Source of the DNA: Malacoraja senta
Lineage: Eukaryota
Length of the DNA stretch: 64,000 bases
NCBI GenBank assembly: GCA_038087875.1
Contig: CM075987.1
Coordinates: 2,666,001 to 2,730,000, forward strand
Direction of reading: 5' to 3'
Shown here: piece by piece, positions 61,908 through 64,000 of the stretch
Layout: each line of letters starts with the position of its first letter
Numbering within the stretch: the first letter of the stretch is position 1
Position numbers and translations under genes: made by a program
The notes under the pieces: generated by a model
What the model saw: only the letters and a program-made list of their open reading frames with translations
Databases searched by the model: none
Told to the model about the DNA's origin: nothing

Positions 61908-62455
61908 GGTGCATGGTTCCTTGAAGGTGGAGTCGCAAGTAGATAGGATGCACATAAAGGCTTTTGGCACAATGGCATTCATCAGTCAGAGTATTGAGTA
62001 TAGAAGTTGGGAGGTCATGTTGCAGGTGTATAAGATGTTGGTGAGGCCGCATTGTGTTGGTGCGTAGGAGGATGAGGGATGATCTTATAGAGGTGTATAA
62101 AATCATGAGAGGATTAGATTGGGTGGATGTACAGAGTCTCTTTCCCAGAATAGGTGAATCGAGGACCAGAGGACATAGGTTTAAGGTGAAGGGGAAAAGA
62201 TTTAATAGGAATCCGATGGGTAACTTTTTCACACAAAAGCGTGGTGGGTGTATGGAACAAGCTGCCAGAGGAGGTAGTTGAGGCAGGGACAATTCCAACA
62301 TTTAAGAAACATTTAGACAGGTACATGGATAGGACAGGCTTAGAGGGGTATAGACCAAACGCGGGCAGGTGGGACCAGTGTAGCTGGGACATGTTGGCTG
62401 GGTTGGACAAGTTTGGCTGAAAAGCCTGTTTCCACACTTTCACTCTATGACTAGA
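61908..62455 (+). mobile_element. CR1 3' fragment with internal deletion
   Basis: IEYRSWEVMLQVYKMLVRPH / RRMRDDLIEVYKIMRG..RTRGHRFKV. Confidence 0.85.
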
Positions 62456-62879
62456 TAGAATGGCATTGACATTAAGATATTGTTTAACTTCCTGGTGTTA
62501 TTTACCTTTGCTTTCTGGTTAGGCTGGAGCACGTCCAGTCAGATATTCAATGTAACTGTGGCATAAAAAAGATCGTTGCATGCATGATTCAACTGGATGG
62601 TACAAGCCCAATTTTAATATCCTGGAGTAGATAGCAAATGCTCATTGTAAATGTTCTTGCATTCATCAAATCCTTTATTCAGGTTTGTTGATGTTGATCA
62701 TGCCTATCCAGAGATGCAATAAATGAGTTTAAACTGGTTGTGATCACAACTTAGTCAGTTTTAAGATTGTTTTGAATAGGGAAATGACTGAATGTTACAG
62801 GAAGGGACTAAATTGGAGTAAGGCAAATTATAACTTTATTAGTCTGGAGCTTTGGAGGGTACATTGGGAGCAGTTGTTA

Positions 62880-63385
62880 TTGGGTATTTAGTATATAGTG
62901 TGCAGTTATGGTCGGCCCATTACAGGAAGGATGTGGAGGCATTGGAAAGGATGCAGATGAAATTTACCAGAATGGATTAGGGGTATTGGCTATGAAGAGA
63001 GGTTAGACAGACTTGGATTATTTCCTCTGGAATGCCAGAGATAAAGGGGAGACCTGATAAAAGTATATACAATTATGAGAGGCACAGCTGGGACAGGCAG
63101 TCAGAACCTTCTTCCCCAGGATGGAGCTGTTGCAAAGTTTAAAGGGGATGTGCGGGGCAATTGTTTTGCACAGACGGTGGTGAATGCCTGGAACACACTT
63201 GGTGATGGTGAAGGCAGCTACTATGGGATGGAATTTAAGAGAGTTTTAGATAGGCACATGGATATGCAGGGAATAGAAGAACATGAATTATGTGCAGGCA
63301 AATAAAAGTTAGTCTAGCATCGTATTCTTCACAGGCATCGTGGGCCGAAGGGTCTGTTCCTATGCTTTACTATTTTATGTTTGTG
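62880..63385 (+). mobile_element. CR1 3' fragment
   Basis: YEERLDRLGLF, VVNAWNTL; GGGCCGAAGGGTCTGTT tail. Confidence 0.8.
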
Positions 63386-63729
63386 TTCTGAAAAATATTT
63401 TCAGATCAACCATATCTTGTCAGGAACAATTAAGATTTATACTAAATTAAGACAGTAGCATTAATTTGGCCAATTTCTTTCTGTTAAGAAGGTATCGGAT
63501 GATCAATTCAAGTCAATTATGCGGATTAAGGGATACAGTACGATAGATACAGGAATATAATTTCCTCTGGGGTTAAATCAAAATGGCAATCTTATGTTAG
63601 ATCCAGTATATTTAAGGGTGAAATTCAGAAGCACATTTTTCAATACACAGGTTTATGAAAAGTTAAAACTGGCTCTTGTCAAAAAAAAAGGTTAATTTTA
63701 TGTGATAGATTTTTTTACGGTTATGGAAC

Positions 63730-64000
63730 TAGATACATAGAATAGATACATAGAAAATAGGTGCAGGAGTAGGCCATTCGGCCCTTCGAGCCTGCACCAC
63801 CATTCAATATGATCAAGGCTGATCATCCAACTCAGTATCCCGTACCTGCCTTCTCTCCATACCCCCTGATCCCTTTAGCCACAAGGGCCACATCTAACTC
63901 CCTCTTAAATATAGCCAATGAACTGGCCTCAACTACCCTCTGTGGCAGAGAGTTCCAGAGATTCACCACTCTCTGTGTGAAAAAGTTTTTCCTCATCTCG
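63730..64000 (-). mobile_element. Young CR1 3' end (continues beyond the window)
   Basis: Near-identical reverse complement of 5770-6030. Confidence 0.95.

Overview
Eukaryotic (vertebrate) non-coding DNA, most likely from an elasmobranch (skate, ray or shark). This is inferred from HE1/V-SINE-like and Deu-type SINEs together with HER1-like CR1 LINEs. There are two assembly gaps (27199-27398, 28169-28306). No host protein-coding exon could be identified with confidence; the window looks like a large intron or gene desert densely filled with nested transposable elements. These are CR1 LINEs (one young copy with an intact ~1000-aa ORF2 at 2653-6037), L2, L1, Rex1/Babar, Penelope-like elements (PLEs) carrying minimal hammerhead ribozymes, a Gypsy remnant, an IR/DR Tc1 element, and several non-autonomous DNA transposons (Harbinger-like, hAT-like and unclassified). 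Highlights: (1) a canonical in-frame -1 ribosomal frameshift heptamer (U_UUA_AAC), a 7-nt spacer and a G-tract cluster lying exactly at the CR1 ORF1/ORF2 junction; (2) hammerhead-bearing PLE mini-elements inserted as units with 10-15 bp TSDs; (3) a GC-rich non-coding retroposon whose 3' stem-loop shows compensatory base changes between two copies; (4) DNA transposons with atypical TSDs or internal TTAGGG arrays. Family assignments come from motif recognition only (no database search). Boundaries of old elements are approximate.
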